From Chiloscyllium plagiosum (taxonomy: Eukaryota), in contig NC_057719.1 in assembly GCF_004010195.1 (NCBI RefSeq), positions 95,696,094-95,760,093 of the forward strand: a stretch of DNA of 64,000 nucleotides. Reading direction: 5' to 3'. Both the position numbers and the translations under genes were made by a program. Numbering within the stretch: the stretch's first letter is position 1; each line of letters opens with the position of its first letter. The notes under the pieces were generated by a model. The model had not been told where the DNA came from. It made no database searches and saw only the letters and a program-made list of their open reading frames with translations. Positions 62,362 to 64,000 of the stretch are shown here, piece after piece.

Positions 62362-63749
62362 TGTAGTGATTGTAACAAGGTCAGCCAGGAAGACCTCTTA
62401 GAATAAGAGTTCCCCAATTGTGGCTGACAGATATAAACAGGAGTTTCAGGGGTTCTCTTCACTCAGAGCTGGTTCTGAGGGACCCAGACTAGTGTCAAGG
62501 AATCTCCATTTGGAAATATGAAAGGCATGGTGATGGGATACCAGCCTCCGTGGAGTTATTTCAGTGATGATGAGAGAAAGAAAATACACTCCTGAAGAAA
62601 TTTGCTTGTGACAGTCATTTTGGAACTGGGGTAAGTATTTCTGGCATCATGCCATTAGTTGGGAAACTTGACTCGGTTGAACCTGCTGTTGAGGACTGGG
62701 CTCAGAATGTGGAAACTATGCATTTTTTTTCTGGGCAAATGACATTGGGGCAGATGAAAACCAATGAGTAATTCTCCTGATAGCTCGTGGACCTACAGCT
62801 TTTTCAGTTATTAGGATCCTGAAAAGTTTCCTGAGGCACCAGATACTAAAACCTTTCAAGAGTTAATGGATTTAGTTCAGGAACATTACAATTCCAAGCC
62901 TCCTCTAATTCTGAGATGCTATTGCATTTATTCGGTATTTGAGAACCAGAGGAACCATGTCAGGATTTTTTAAGGCAATAGAGGCATGTGACTGCTTTAA
63001 TTCATGAGATGCCAAGAGACTGTTGGTGTGTAGGATTAATTATGTAACTATGCAGAAGCACCTACCAGCTGAAGCCCCAACTGGACTTCAAACAGGCACT
63101 ACAATTGGCTTTGTCATTAGAAAATGCAGCAAGTGGAGCATAGGAGTTATAGAGTATGGAAGTAGACACCATTGGCAACCCAACTGAGCTTGAAGAACAA
63201 CTCGAGTGAAGATAATTGCATTGCCTCAGTCAGGGCATATCCTGAACAGAGGGACTCTAGGTCAGCCACCAGCAAAACCCCAAAATAAAGTCAAGTCTCG
63301 GCCAAACAGTTAACATTTTCTTTAGGATCCAGGCCAGCAAATCATTGTAGTTGCTGCCGGTCTACTAAAGAAATCCTATGAGTCCTAAACTGAGTTAGAG
63401 AACTCGTAGGCTAGTATTCAGGAGATGCACACTAAATCTGGTTTGGAACAGTTAGATTGTTTTGCAACATCCAAATCAAAACCAATCAAAATAAATATCT
63501 AGTTAAATGGTCACCTGGTTCTAGTGGAGGTTGACACTGGCGTGGCTGTATCAGTGATCACAGAAACAGTCTTTAACAAAATTCACTCTGAACTCCATCC
63601 TTTTAAGTTTACCTAAGATCTTGGTTAGATTGAGAACCTGTAACAGGGAACTTTTACAGATTAAGGGTACAACCTTGGTTCCAGTCTCATGTGAAAAGCA
63701 GCAGGTTTGGTTACCATTGATTGTAGTAAAAGGCCCACACTCAAGTTTG
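62362..63749 (+). mobile_element. Gypsy LTR retrotransposon 5' part: LTR (62362-62563), PBS remnant, decayed gag and protease
   Basis: LTR TGTAGT...TTATTTCA, then gTGATGATGAG (decayed TGGCGACGAG). Gag begins MPLVGKLDSVEPAVEDW; protease reads VNGHLVLVEVDTGVAVSVI (DTG active site). Confidence 0.9.
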
Positions 63750-64000
63750 ATTAGATTAGATTCCCTACAGTGTGGAAACAGAACCTTCGGCCCAACCAGA
63801 CCATACCGGCCCTCTGAAGAATAGCCCACCCAGACCCATTTCCCTTTGACTGATGCACGGGCAATTTAGCATGGCCAATTCACCTGATGTGCACATCTTT
63901 GGACTGTGGGAGGAAACCGGAGCACCCGGAGGAAACCCACGCAGACAAGGGGAGAATGTGCAAACTCCACACAGACAGTTGGCCCGAGGCTGGAATCGAA
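63750..64000 (-). mobile_element. HE1-type SINE inserted in the Gypsy element; runs off the window
   Basis: ttagattagattccctacagtgtggaaac tail and core ggaaaccggagcacccggaggaaacccac. Confidence 0.93.

Overview
This 64-kb window is repeat-dominated vertebrate DNA. The repeat families (HER1/CR1-type LINEs, HE1-type SINEs) point to an elasmobranch (shark) genome; this is inference. No intact host protein-coding gene is evident. Most ORFs in the track are frameshifted CR1 endonuclease/RT/esterase fragments or chance ORFs. The window holds more than 10 CR1 LINE fragments (some nested), tRNA-derived SINEs of two families, and decayed Gypsy gag/protease/integrase pieces with solo LTRs. It also holds a 56-bp minisatellite and about 20 Penelope-like element (PLE) fragments. 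Three patterns stand out. (1) Many short PLE pLTR insertions carry minimal hammerhead-ribozyme motifs; their 5' ends, inversion points and stutter duplications cluster just upstream of the ribozyme core. (2) Several locally templated insertions and near-perfect inverted duplications occur; one is a 41-bp genomic capture inside a palindromic PLE insertion with a ~90-bp target duplication. (3) One well-formed minus-strand exon candidate encodes a peptide resembling the ADAT1 N-terminus. All coordinates were read by eye and element boundaries are approximate.
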